A stretch of DNA of 53,328 bases, the filler included, from Sphacelaria rigidula (taxonomy: Eukaryota), in assembly GCA_964200075.2 (NCBI GenBank). It is 4 parts of 4 records of this genome, joined end to end, with 100 filler letters (N's around TTAATTAATTAA, not from the genome) between each part and the next. Parts side by side here need not be neighbours in the genome. Positions count along the whole stretch, not along the records: positions 13,362 to 26,619 come from CAXNAA020003021.1; 3 more parts are not named here. The stretch is one strand, 5' to 3'. Positions 14,065-26,719 of this stretch are shown piece by piece. Both the position numbers and the translations under genes were made by a program. The notes beneath the pieces were generated by a model. It did not search any database. It saw only the letters and a list, made by a program, of their open reading frames with translations, and was not told the DNA's origin. The first letter of the stretch is position 1. Every line of letters begins with the position of its first letter.

Positions 14065-14970
14065 CCCTTAGACCGCGATGCGGGTAGTCCATCTGGATGA
14101 CGCATGCTTTTTCAAGTGAAGTTGATGCCGATTCAGCAGGTGACCTACCCTCGCGATCAAAGGGCCAACTCTTTCGGGACCGGATTCGCAGAAACATGTA
14201 GAGTTTGCACTCAGGGGCTTTTTTGTGAATCGGCATCATTTTCACTCGTTCCCGAGGGAAAATGATGCTGACTCACAAAAAGACCCCTCCGTGCAAACCG
14301 CATGCTTCTGAGAATCCAGTCCCCAAAGTATTAATGATGGGAAATAATCTAACGCTGTGACCGCCACCATATATGATAGATCATTTATCGAATCGTCAAT
14401 GGTCCAGATGGCCTACCCTGGCGGTCAAAGATCCCTCAGACCGCGATGCGGGTAGTCCATCTGGATCACGTATACCTTCCCCAGTGAAATTGATCGTGAT
14501 TCAGCAGGTGACCGGGTCGTATCGGAATCAAGCATACTTTTTCAGGTGAAATTGATGCCAATTCAACAGAGGACCTACTCTCGCCGTCAAAGGGTTGAGC
14601 GCGTGCCCGCGGCGGTTGTTCATCATGGGTCATATACAGTCATATAAAGCGGTACAGCAAGAAAGTGACTGAAATGGTGTGCAGAAGAAACTCTTGTCAA
14701 CATACGTGGCGTCGCACACCACGGCCGACTACGGTTATCTGACTACGGTGAAAGGGTTGAGCCTCAGACCGCGATACGGGTAGTCCATCTGAATCATGAT
14801 ACGTTTCTCAGTGAAATTGATGCCGATTCAGCAGGTGACCTAACCTCGCGCTCAAAGGGTTGACCGTTTGACTGCAAGGGTCGGTCATCGCAATCAAGCA
14901 TACATTTTCAGGTGAAATTGATGCCGATTCAACAGATGACTAACTCTCGCCGTCAAAGAGTTTAGCTGGT
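14065..14970. repeat. Cluster of about 100-bp TIR-bounded units (CCCTyAGACCGCGA...TCGCGGTCwAAGGG)
   Basis: Full unit 14065-14164, with more at about 14432-14595 and 14760-14960. Shared core GGGTAGTCCATCTGGATCA...GTGAAATTGATGCCGATTCA.CAG.TGACCTA. 14580-14745 and 14945-15120 are duplicated. Confidence 0.75.
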
Positions 14971-15186
14971 AAACCGCTGCGGTTGTTCATCATGGGTCAT
15001 ATACAGCCATACACAGCGGTACAGCAGGTAGGCGACTGATATGATGTGCAGAAGTAATCGTTGTCAACGTGCCCGGCGTCGGGCACTTTCACCGACCACG
15101 GCAATCCGACTACGCCAAAGCCGAGAAGCCACACTGACAGATTCCGGATTGACTGGTGACACTGACCAGCGCCAAAGCCACTGTGC

Positions 15187-16324
15187 CAAACGGCTGAGAA
15201 CGTCACTGGCACCGGAGAGACAGAGGTTCCGTTGCATTGGCGGGTTGGGAGTAGGTCACTGGCTCCGGAGAAATAATGTGAGTCAGATTTTCATGAGGGA
15301 AAAGTCAAAGGGCTCGGCGCGTCACTGGTGTTGGGGGTTCCGCGCGTTAAATTCCAAGGAGGAGAGAGATGTGAAAAGTGCCACGGAAACAGGTTGCGGT
15401 TATTCCGAGTAGGTGCTAGGGAGTTCACTGGTCTCAGAGTAAATTCCGCGGAGGAACGGGCAAATGTCACGAAGGGAAACGGGGAAGTGTGGATATTGGG
15501 TAACTTCCTCAAAAAAGCACGAGAGAGAATGAACGGAATAATACTGGCCGCTGGTGCGTCGGACTTGGGAGGAATGGTGCGCTGTCAGGCCCCGTGATTG
15601 TTGCACCTGCGTCNNNNNNNNNNACCTGCGTCCAGAGATGCGGAACGCGGACAAACTTAATGAATAAGAATAATACAAGGTTTTTGGCGCTTCGCGCCCC
15701 CGCTCAATGGAGCGTTTCCCAAGGCAAAGGGTAATGAGGAGTGTTGCTATCGGCATCGGCCGTTGCCCACAAGAAGAAGTGCTGAGAGGCGAAGATATGA
15801 TTCAGAGATAACTCTTGTGATATTTTTCAGAGATAACTCTTGTGACACGCGGAGATTATTCAGAGATAACACATTCTCTTTTTTTGCCTATTTGGACTTT
15901 CAAACATCGTCAACGACGATAAAGCCCGCCCAAAAAAGAATCGGAACGGGGCAGAAGACACCAGCCCTGCACAACGAAAAAGGTAGCAGTGAAGTTCGAC
16001 CCATTCTCCGTCCGAGAAATCTACGCGAAATGAACGTATTTAACGTTGAAAAAACGACAAACCCCGAACGAAAATGAAGAATTGAAACGAGGCGGAAGAC
16101 ACTCATCGTACAGAACCGAAGAGTAACTGTCAATCTCCGCCCATCCTCCGTCTGAGATATGTGCCCAAAATGAAGCCATTTCAACATTCAAACGTAGACA
16201 AAAGTCGACCGAAAATAAATACTCTTAGCGACCCAAAAGACACCGATCCTGAAGAACCAAGAACTACCTATGAAGGAATATGACAGCATCGACAATATGA
16301 AGGAATTCACTGTTGCCCGTCGAT
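15187..16324. repeat. About 1.1-kb dispersed repeat, copy 1
   Basis: Colinear with 20486-21529, from CAAACGGCT.AGAAC.TCACTGG.ACCGGAGAGAC to CACTGTTGCCCGTC.AT. Confidence 0.9.
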
Positions 16325-16339
16325 GAGTCGATGTATAAA

Positions 16340-17248
16340 AGACCATGTTTTATGGCAACGAATCTCGATTATTTTAGACGGGGACTCAAATTCGCGAACT
16401 CAAAATCGGGAGGACCGTTTCATAGTACAGACGGTATCATGGTTTTGTGAAATAGTTCGTACGCAGACGAATATTTTCTGCACCAGTGCGGAAGTGCGTA
16501 CTCGTGCATGAAGCCGAAGAGCAGGCAGACGGTGAATAATCCCTCGAGTGCAGTGTCGTACTATGGTACCCTAGGGTAATACAGTGCAAGACACTCCATG
16601 ATCACAGTACATGATCATGCCGTGTGGTAGTACATGATGATGACACAGTCGGTATTGCGAGAACAATGAGCAATCACCCTAGGGTAATACAGTGCCGCAC
16701 ACTCCATTATTAGAGTGCATGATCATGCCGTGTGGCAGTACATGATGGCACAGTCGGTATTGCAAGATCAGTGAGCAATCAGTGCACGAGAAGAGTTCAG
16801 TAGTTCAGAGCAAAACATCACCCTGCATCTACAGCGACAACAGACCAGGAGAGTACAGCACCGTTCGGTATCGTGATACATGTGGCAGCGCAGTGCAGCA
16901 TGAGATATTACCATCGCCACAGGGTGGGGCGTCAATAGTTATCATCCATTCGCCAAACCCCGTGCGAAGCTGTTGCAGTAGCTGGCGCGGGCAGGCACAC
17001 ACTGCGTTGTCACGAGACTGTCTTCTGCTGCGGTTGCAGAAATATCAAACGCCTCGTCCTCTAGCATTATACGTCAATGCACATGCATCAACTCCTCGAA
17101 GTCGGGGGTAGTCGCGATCTCGGAATGATTTCTCCGATTGTTTCGAAAAATGGGAGGAAAATGTTCCGAGATCGCGACACCCCAACTTTTTTTTCCTTGA
17201 TGTTGAAAAAAATCGACATCGGTGATTGGCATAATAGATGGATGGTCT
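16340..17248. mobile_element. Non-autonomous TIR element, copy 1 (TIR about AGACCATCTTTTATGGCA)
   Basis: Left end AGACCATGTTTTATGGCAACGAATCTCGATT; right end AATCGACATCGGTGATTGGCATAATAGATGGATGGTCT. Colinear with 18089-18903. Carries an extra tandem duplication of about 105 bp (16570-16781). Confidence 0.65.
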
Positions 17249-18088
17249 ATTATAACATCCTGTAAAAAAGTAGTGAAGCAAAAAAAGGGATTATGAATAA
17301 AAAAGAACTAGCGAAGCAATGCGCTAAACGAAGGTGATCCTGTCGCCTCAACCCACCCTTTGTCTTGGTCTGCAGCTCACAGCAATATGCCCAAATCAGG
17401 CTGATTCGGGGAACTTGGAAAGCTGGTGTGTGATGTGCGTTTTCGTTTCGGCTGGCCCAGCTCGTACGTACCTAGCCGAAACGGTAGGTACCACCCCCCC
17501 CCCCAATCATGCTTGGAGTAGGATTCAAAAGCGGTTCCGTCCGCGGGGAGGGAGAAACGACGATCGTGAATAAGCACTTTATTGTTCCCGTGTTTGATCG
17601 ATGCACTCGTGTGTTTGGTCCTATCGCAGTTCGTGTGTAACAGGTTAAAACGGTAGATATGCACACAAGTGCCCGCGTGATCATATTCGGGGGGGGGGGG
17701 GGGGGGGGGGCGCGCATTCACCCCCGGGGGCGGGGGTTCTTTTTTCATTTTTTTCAANNNNNNNNNNACGGACTCTCGGGGTGGTGTGATTGCTGGGGGG
17801 GGGGGGGGGGGGGGGAGGGGATGCGCGCATTCAACCCCGGGGTCAGGTGTTCTTTTTTCATCTTTTTACATGTCAAGTGTATGAAAATATCCGGGCATAA
17901 TGCAGAAGTAATGCTATACGCTAAATAGGCCAAAATCGCGAATACCACCCCCAAATTCACGGTAGTAGCCACCCCCGGGGGCGGCTATTTTCTCGTCCGC
18001 TGCGTCACCATGCACCCCCTGCACAAATCCAACTCCACCGATGTTGCATATATTCCATGATGCGTCATGTATTAACATTTAGGTTCAT

Positions 18089-18903
18089 TGGCCATTTTTT
18101 ATGGCAACGAATCTCGATTTTTTGAGACAGGGACTCAAATTCGCGAACTCAAAATCGGGGGGACCGCTTTATGGTATCACAGATTTGTGAAATAGTTCTG
18201 TACACAGACGGACATTTTCTGCACGAGCGTGGTATTGCGTACTCGTGCATGAAGCCGAAGAGCAGGCAGACGGTGAATACGCCTTCAAGTACAGTGTCGT
18301 ACCATGGTACCCTAGGGTAATACAGTGCAGGACACTCCATGATCACAGTACATGATCATGCCGTGTGGTGGTACATGATGATGGCACAGTCGGTATTGCG
18401 AAATCAGTGAGCAATCAGTGCACGAGAAGAGTTCAGTAGTCCAGAGCAAAACATCACCCTGCAACTACAGCGACAACAGACTAGGAGAGTACAGCACCGT
18501 TCGGTATCGTGATACATGTGGCAGCGCAGTGCAGCATGAGATATTACCATCGCCACAGGGTGGGGCGTCAATAGTGATCATCCACTCGTCTCAAACCCCG
18601 TGCGAAGCTGTTGCAGTAGCTGGCACGGGCAGGCACACACTGCGTTGTCACGAGACTGTCTTCTGCTGCGGTTGCAGAAATATCAAACGCCTCGTCCTCT
18701 AGCATTACACGTCAGGGCACGCAATTCATCTCCTCGAAATCGGGGGGACCTCAGATTTCTCCGGATAAAAATGGGTGGAAATTGTTCTGAAATCGTGACA
18801 CCATGATTTTTTCCCAAATCGGGGTCCATAGGACGCGTTCCCCGATTATTTTCCCCCGATCTGCGTAAAAATCGAGATCGATAACTGCCATAAAAGATGG
18901 TCT
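18089..18903. mobile_element. Non-autonomous TIR element, copy 2
   Basis: GGCCATTTTTTATGGCAACGAATCTCGATTTTT ... AAAAATCGAGATCGATAACTGCCATAAAAGATGGTCT. Body nearly identical to copy 1. A diverged right-half copy lies at about 21853-22120. Confidence 0.7.
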
Positions 18904-19188
18904 TAACCCTGCGACAGCGAGCGTCGCCTCAAACCAATTTCATAAGCTGACCGTGCAGGGACATCCAAGGGTGGCCTCGGGGCGGAGGCGGCGGCGGGGG
19001 GTGGGAGGGGGGGACTACTCGCATAATAAGAGCCGAAAAGCTCACCAAGTCAACCATATGTGTTTCGGGAGTTCTCAAGGAAGATTATTGGCCATGGATT
19101 ATGTCTTTTTCTCCCAGTTGAAGTTGATGCCGATTCAACAGTGGGTTGTTTCGTGTTTAGAGCTTGTAGGAATCCACGCCAACATTAA

Positions 19189-19393
19189 CCCTTAGACCGC
19201 GAGGGTAGTTCATCTGGACCTCGCATACGTTTTTCAAGTGAAGTTGATGCCGATTCAACATATGACCTACTCTCGTCGTCTAAGGGTTGACCCTTCGAAG
19301 GCGAGAGAGAGTAGGTCATCGGTTCAATCGGCATCAATTTCACTTGAAAGAATAATCCATGATCGAGATAAGATACTCTTGCGGCGGAGGGGT
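19189..19393. repeat. Inverted pair of about 100-bp TIR-bounded units
   Basis: TTAA|CCCTTAGACCGCGAG...CTCGTCGTCTAAGGG|TTGA|CCCTTCGAAGGCGAG...(inverted core)...GGGG|TTGA. Confidence 0.7.
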
Positions 19394-20485
19394 TGATGCA
19401 AATCTGCATCACTTCATCTCGCAGAAGACAATGTGATTCGTACCGGTCGTACGCATCACCGAATATCACAGAAGACACCACCGCTCAGGGCATGGAGGTT
19501 GCATGATCCACTGAAGAACTCTCTATTATCGTGCTCAACGACACATGTTCTGCTAGACCTCCGGCTTCCGGTAAACCCTCTAGCGCCGGAAGTGTTGATT
19601 TGTAGAATTGACATCGTTATTACTTGAAAAGGGCCTGACAATGATGCCGATTCCACAATTTTTTCTAGTGATGGGTTCTCTAAGTGACATTTTCTGCAAC
19701 AGCCCCCCCTCCCAAAAAGTGGCTGGTTTGGAGAGGCAAAATCTACACCTGAATCGAAATGAACTAAGCCGAGCATAACGAGCAGATGATTTGTGGGATC
19801 GGCATCATTCTCACTTGAAAAATACATGGGAATCAGGCCAACTCTACAAATAGATGAGCACCTCCGGCGGTTGAAGGGTTGGGATTGGCGCCGTAGGGCA
19901 AAGCACCCCGTGACTCCGAAAGCCATAGGATAGTCTCGGTGACACTTTCTGTGATAGCTCCCCCCCCAAAAGTGGCCGGTTTGAAAGGGGAAAATCTACA
20001 CGTAAATCGAAATGAAAGAAGCCCAGCACAGCGAGCAGCTGATTTGTGGCATCGGCATCATTTTCACTTGAAAAATACGTGAGCCGAGCACAACGAGCGG
20101 CTGGGAAGTCCCACGCTTGGGTTCGCTTTCTCCAATGTCGCCCATATAAAGCGCTTCATGCAGCCTGAAATCAAACATCAGGCGCTGTACGACCCTTTTC
20201 TTCGTGAACGTTTTAGGCTGGTTTGGGGGGGGGGGAGGGGGGGAAAGCTATCGCAGAAAGTACCCGGTGCCCGAATTTTTACCATTTGCCTTCATCGGTG
20301 GATTACGGTTGGGGTTAGGGATAGAGTGTGCTGGGTCAGTCTATCGAAGATTTGGATATATCATAGAGAGACGAACTAACGACGAAATTGAACCCTTCGA
20401 CCGCCGCTCGTTGAATAGGAATCATTTTCAGGTATCTTTCAAGTTAAAAAAAAAACAGTGGCAGTCACTGGTATAAAGGGGGGGT

Positions 20486-21529
20486 CAAACGGCTTAGAAC
20501 ATCACTGGTACCGGAGAGACATGTAGGTTGCGTTGCATTGGCGGGTCAAGAGTAGGTCACAGGTGCCGGGGAAATAAGGTGCGACAGATTTTCATGAGGG
20601 AAAAGTCAAATGGCTCGGGACGTCACTGGTGTTGGAGGTTTTGCACGTTGAATTCCCAAGAGGAGAGGAAAGCGAAAAGTGCCACGGAAACAGGTTGCGG
20701 TAATTCCGAGTAGAGATCATGGTGGCTAGGGAAGTCACCGGTCCCAGAGTAAATTCCGCGAAGGGAAACGGGAGAGTGTGGATATAGGGTAACTTCCTCA
20801 AAAAAGCACGGGAGAGAATGAACGGAATAATACTGGCCGCTGGTGCGTCGGACTTCGGAGGAATGGTGCGCCATCAGGCCCCGTGATTGTTGCACCTGCG
20901 TCCAGAGACGCGGAACGCGGACAAACTTAATGCATAAGAATAATACAAGGTTTTTGGCGCTTCGCGCCCCCGCTCAATGAAGCGTTACTCAAGGCAAGGG
21001 ATGATGTGGAATGTCGCAACCGACATCAGCCGTCGCCCACATACAGGAGTGCTTAGAGGCGAAGAAAAGATCCAGAGATAAGTCGTTCGCTTCTTTTTGC
21101 CTCTTTGGATTTTCGAACATCGTCGACGACGATTAAACCTGACCAAAAAGGAGCCGGAAGGAGGCAGAAGACACTGGTCCGGCACAACGAAGAAGATAAC
21201 CGTGAAGCTCCACCCATTCTCCTTCCGAGAAATCCACGCGAAATGAACGTATGTAACCTTGAAAAAACGACAAACCCTGAACGAGAATCAAGAATCGAAA
21301 TGAGGCAGAAGACACTGATCGTACAGAACTAAAGAATAACTGTCATTCTCGACCCATCCTCCGCGTCTCAGATATCTGCCCAAAATAACATGGACAAAAC
21401 TCGACCGAAGATGAAGAATCTTAGCGACGCAGAAGACACGGATCCTTCAGAACCAAGAATTACCTATGAAGGAATATGAGAACATCGACAGTATGAAGAA
21501 GAATGTAGATATCACTGTTGCCCGTCAAT
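20486..21529. repeat. About 1.1-kb dispersed repeat, copy 2
   Basis: Colinear with 15187-16324. A third partial, more diverged copy lies at about 25161-25560. Confidence 0.9.
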
Positions 21530-21554
21530 TGCTGCGCTGCCACGAGAAACACCG

Positions 21555-21842
21555 TTTTCGTGAGATTGAGAGTATAGCGCTGATCGAGAGTGACTTTGAT
21601 TATTCGCTGTAACTCACACATTCTTTCATTCCGTGTGTGCTTCTCTTTGCCTCTATTATTGGCGTGTGCTTACAGATACACGTCGATATCCTACTCAGGG
21701 ATATCAAAGGTCTCATTGGCAAGCTACCACAGTAAACAGATTGGACCTCGTGGAGGGGCATTTCGGAACTGAAACGATTCAGTCACTAATCGACCGCTTT
21801 TCGCACTCTCACTCATATCCTTTACTCTCAATCTCACGAAAT
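21555..21842. repeat. Dispersed repeat shared with piece 4
   Basis: Matches about 40113-40343 (GGGGCATTTCGGAACTGAAACGATTCA...TACTCTCAATCTCACGAAA). An inverted fragment lies at about 22294-22380. Confidence 0.75.
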
Positions 21843-22499
21843 CATTGTTGAGGCTGTCTTCTGCTGCGATTGCGAAAGTATCAAACGTCTCCTACCCTAC
21901 CATTGTACGTCAGTGCACGTACGCCATCTACTCAAAATCGAGGGGAGTCACAATCTCGGACTGATCTCCCGATCTTTTAAAAACAAATAGGAAGAAATCG
22001 TTCTGAGATCGCAACACCCCGATATTCTCGGGCCCCCGATTCGGTCCATGAAATGCGTTCCCCGATTTTTCTCCCCCCGATGTGAAAAAAATTGAGATTG
22101 GTGACCGCCATAAAAAAAAATGTTGATTGATTGATTATCTCACATTAGATTAGCTGACTGCAACAATCAAGCCCGTGGTCAGGAGCAGCAAAAAAAAACA
22201 GAATGGTGAAAGAAGAAAGAAGGGGAGAAACAAAAAAAGACAAAAGCAACGACCTCAGAAAGGAAAAAAAAAAGGAAGCAGCGATGGTCTGAAACCCTTG
22301 ATATTCCTCAGTAGGATATCGACGTGTAGCTGTAAGCATACGCCGGTGATGTAGGCAAAGAAAAGTAAACGTGGAATGAATAATTGGCAAACTTGAATCA
22401 AATGATAGAATCCACTCTCAATCAACGCCCTACTCTCCATCTCACGCAACCATTGCTACCTGACGCTAACACACGATTGTGAGGTAGAAGGTCCCAAAA

Positions 22500-23285
22500 G
22501 GATCAAACCTCAGACCGCAAGGAGGGTAGCCCATCTGGATCCGCTTACTTTTTCATGTGGAATTGATGGCGATTCAACAGGTGACCTATACTCTTGCCTT
22601 GGACCGCAATCAACGCCCTACTCTCAATCTCACGAAACCATCGCTACCTGCCGCTAACACACGATTGTTGTGAGGTAAACGGTCCCAAAAGAGTTGACTC
22701 TTAGACCGCGAGGAGGATAGTCCATCTGGATCAAGCATACGTTTTCAAGTGGAATTGATGGCGATTCAAATTGTGACCTACTCTTGCCCTCTAAAGGTCA
22801 ACCCTGAGACCGCGAGGGTAGGTCACCCGCTGAATCGGCATCACTTGAAAAAAGTATGCATGATCAGGATGGACTACCCACACCGCGGTCTAAGGGTTAC
22901 CCTTAGACCGCGAGGTTAGTCTTCTGTTGAATCGGCATCAACTTCAAGTGAAAAAAGGTATGCATGATCCAGAAAGACTAATCTCGCGGTCTAAGGGTTA
23001 ACCCTTGGACCGCGATGCGGGTAGTCCACCTGGATCACGCATACTTTTTCAAGTGAAGCCGATTCAGCAGGTGACCTACCCGCGCGGTCAAAGGATCGCG
23101 GTGCGGGTAGTCCATCTGCATCATGCATACTTTTTTCAAGTGAATATTGATGCCGATTCAGCAGGTGACCTATTCTCGCGGTCGGAGGGTAGTCCATCTG
23201 GATCATGCATAATTCTTTTTCAAGTGACATTGATGCCGATTCAACAGATGACTTATTCTCGCCATGTAAGGGTCAAGGACAACCC
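22500..23285. repeat. Dense array of about 100-bp TIR-bounded units in both orientations
   Basis: About 7 units. Palindromic junctions include TCGCGGTCTAAGGG-TTAA-CCCTTGGACCGCGA (near 22984-23015) and CGCGGTCTAAGGGTTACCCTTAGACCGCG (near 22883-22911). Confidence 0.8.
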
Positions 23286-23999
23286 CAGCATCGACACTGT
23301 GTGTGTGTGTCACACAAGAGAAAGGACAACACAGGAGGTTTTTCTTTTTTATTTATCATAGTTGTCCACCTTCTTTCTGCGGTGCTTGCCTTTTATTTTT
23401 CATGGCGAGAGGGGTTCAGCAATCCCTTGCCCTCGTCGATCGTGAAGTCGAGTTTTTTGTACCCACGACATCATCTATCTCAACTGTTGGACATTGTGTG
23501 AGAAAAAAATCGAGACCGCTTCGAGATTTGAACCCACGACCCGGTGGAAGGCAATGTCACGCTGACTCTTACTTGCCATGGTATCCAGCGGGGACATACC
23601 GCACGTATACTGACTCTGTACGCTATTGACTGCACGGTCAAAACGGGTCAGGAGTTCCCCGGAACTGTTTTTCATATAGATGCCCAGCATCCACGTGATC
23701 ATGAGAAAATGCGTTTTTGTGTAGCGAGAAAAGAGCTGTTCTGAACCCCAGATGTGGCATAGTCCATCTCAGTTCGCCTGCGGAGTCGCTGAGGGTTGAC
23801 CCTTGGACAGTGAGAGCAGGTCATTTGTTGAATCGGCATCAATTTCACCTCAAAAAAATATGTATAGTCCAGACGGACTACGTTCGCCGTCTAAGGTCAA
23901 CTCTCACACCGTGATGGCAGCCCAGCTGGATTATGCATTCTTTTTTCGAGTTAAAATGATGCCGACTCAACAGATCGCGGTCTTCCGGTAAATCCCTCT

Positions 24000-24655
24000 A
24001 GCGCCGCAGGTGTTCATGTGCGGAATTGGCATCATTTTTACTCGAGAAGGGCTGAAAATGATGCCCCAATAAATGAACACCTCCACTGGGTCGAAGGTTT
24101 TTCATCTACGCCGTAGAACAAAGCACTCTCTGGCTACGGAGCGATAGAACAAACACCCTCGCTGCCCGAGTGTTCGAGGTCTGCCTTTCTCGAAGTACGA
24201 CTGGGGTTAGTGTTGAAGTGCATTTGGGTCAGACTGTAAATATTGAGAATAAAGCCTTGGACCACCTGAGGTGTCCATTTGTTGACGGCACCAATTAATT
24301 AATTATTGAAATCGGCATCATTTTCATCAAAGCGTCGGAGGTGTTAATTTGTGGAATCGGCATCATTTTTACTCGAAAAGGACCTGAAAATGATGCTGAT
24401 TCCCCCACTGAATGAACACTTCAACTGGGTCGAAGGGTTTCTATCTACACCGTCGGACGAAGCACTATCTGCCTACGGAGTGATGAAGCACCATCGCTGC
24501 CCGAGTATTCGAGGTCTGCCTTTCTCGGGATACGACTGGGTTAGTGTTGAAATGCATTTGGATCAGTCAATAGAAGACGCGGATATTGTGAAGAAAGGGG
24601 CTGATAACTAAGTAAAGCCTTGGACCGCCGCGGGTGTCCATTTGCTGACGGCATA
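24000..24655. repeat. About 330-bp tandem duplication with ends related to the 100-bp unit family
   Basis: 24000-24290 versus 24335-24650 share TCGCTGCCCGAGT.TTCGAGGTCTGCCTTTCTCG and CGACTGGG.TTAGTGTTGAA.TGCATTTGG. Confidence 0.85.
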
Positions 24656-26318
24656 AAAAAAACAATTTGTGAAATCGACATCGTTTTCAAGATATCAAGG
24701 CCTGCGTTTGAGCGCTCGGCCGAAGCGATCTCAGTCAAGGCATATGTACTAGCGGTGATATTCAAGTACGTAATGATAATGCGACTGACACCGCAACGCT
24801 CAGCGAGAACAAGGTCGCAGCCATAGCGAAATGTATCTATATACACTACCCTAGGGTGTACGGGGCACCTTCGCGCCAAGCGCGGCACGCGGTGAGCTCC
24901 AACAATACAAACTGCTCCAGAAAGGAGGCAAGTTGGGTAGTGGTGGAGAAGTAGAGAGGTAGGTGTCGCCAACAGCGAGAGAGGTGCGGGCGGCCGGGAA
25001 GGAGACTCGAGATGGGCTGAAGACAAAACGAAAAATTACTTTCAAGTCCGTAGAAAGGAAACGGAAGAAAAACCTGTAGCGGTCACAGAGAAACGAAATA
25101 ATTATTTATTGCGAAACGGGGGTCAAAGAGCCGGGAGCGTCCCTGGGCGCGAAAGGAGGTCAAACGGCTGGAAACGTCACTGGTTCCGGAGTAAAACTTC
25201 GCGCAAACGGCTGGCGAAGTCACTCGTGAGGTGGTGCCGAAGCGGCAGGAGAAAACAGTATGACAATCCGAGAGAGGTGGAGCTGTCAATGGTCGAAGTG
25301 ACCGAAAAATTGTAAAATTCCTACAGAGGGGTAGAGTAGTCAGTGGTGGCTGAATTGTGAAATTCTGAATGAATAAATCGACGACAGCGCAAAGTTCCAA
25401 GAAAAAGCAGGAGATGCTGTTGATCACAGAGAAGCGAAATAATCAAACACTAGCCGCTGGTGCGTCGGACTTCGGAGGAATGGTGCGCTCTCAGGCCCCG
25501 CGATTGTTGCACCTGCGTCCAGAGACGCGGAATGCAGACAAACATAATGAATAAGAATAGTATATGAGTTTCGTGCTCTGTCAGTCATGGTGTACGCCAG
25601 CCCCATGCCTCTCTCCTAGATTCTCATTTGTTGAAGCACGCTGGCATCGTGTTTTTTTTTTCCTGACATGTGTAGACGTGGCCAGCCAAAAACCGTGATG
25701 CTCATGAGCTACCTTGCAATGGCTGGACTAGGTCAGGGGTGAAATGTTCGAAGCGTGTTCCATGTTTATTTGGATGTTACACTGCTAATCGGATGGTCCG
25801 ACGCCCCACAGGAAGGCGCACAACATACACTGGCGGAGGTAATGTTTTTATCACCCCTGTACTGTGGATTTGTTCCGAGGAAGGGGGGCAAGTTCGAAAG
25901 ACCACAAGCCCCCCCCCCCCCCCCCCCCCCCCCCCACACAACCCCACACCAAAAAAAAAAAAAAAAAAAAAACAACAAAGAAAAAAAATGAATATTTACC
26001 AAACCCTGGACAATATATGGTCAAAAGGTGCAACAGGCGAGAAATGTACTGGGTGGCGTATAGGCCTATTGCATCTATTGACCATATTTTGTCCAGCGTA
26101 TGAAATGTACCGATGAACCTCAACGTGCGAAGTAGCTACTTTATTGGTCATTATCCATTTATGCCGACAAAACAAACGTTGTGGGGAATGTTTCATGTGT
26201 AAGCGTGCAAGTGGTTCTGCTGCAGCAAATGTTTGCGGAAAGGTTCCGCTTGGTCGAAGAGGCTAAAATATGTGTCGACGGAATGTTGTCGATATATATA
26301 AATGTTCCTTTTCTGCAG

Positions 26319-26446
26319 GAAGCCTTGCTTAGGCTAGAGCAGCAGCGGCGGGCTCGACGAAATGAACAGGACGCGGCCGCAGCCGAGCGAGGAAAGTCCG
26401 AGAGACAGCGGCAGATGGAGGAGGAAGAGCGCCGGAAGAGAATGAG
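26319..26446 (+). CDS. Isolated internal exon of a probable host gene, coiled-coil/charged helix
   Basis: Canonical ttccttttctgCAG acceptor and GTGAGT donor. Open frame EALLRLEQQRRARRNEQDAAAAERGKSERQRQMEEEERRKRM, GC-rich relative to its flanks. No other exons identified. Confidence 0.6.
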
Positions 26447-26619
26447 GTGAGTATCGAGAGCACGGACTTGAAGTTCCTCGAGTTCCTTGAGCTCTTCACG
26501 TTCCTGAGGTTGAGTAAGCTTGGCTTCCTCAACAGCATCTGCGTACGATTATATTATTATTGTCATTAAATCCATCACATTAGCTCGATCTCTCGAACCC
26601 GTGGTCACAGAGTGCAAGG

Positions 26620-26719
26620 NNNNNNNNNNNNNNNNNNNNNNNNNNNNNNNNNNNNNNNNNNNNTTAATTAATTAANNNNNNNNNNNNNNNNNNNNNNNNN
26701 NNNNNNNNNNNNNNNNNNN
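26620..26719. other. Artificial scaffold-joining spacer
   Basis: Same N44-TTAATTAATTAA-N44 structure. Confidence 0.97.

Noticed and set aside
15604-15633. Short direct repeat ACCTGCGTC around a 10-N gap
   Set aside because: The paralogue near 20893 has a single copy, so this is an unmerged contig overlap.
25739-26123. ORFs with poly-Pro/Lys/Gly/Phe tracts
   Set aside because: They arise from long C and A homopolymers read in all frames. The same applies near 17690-17820, 39890-39925 and 46580-46670.
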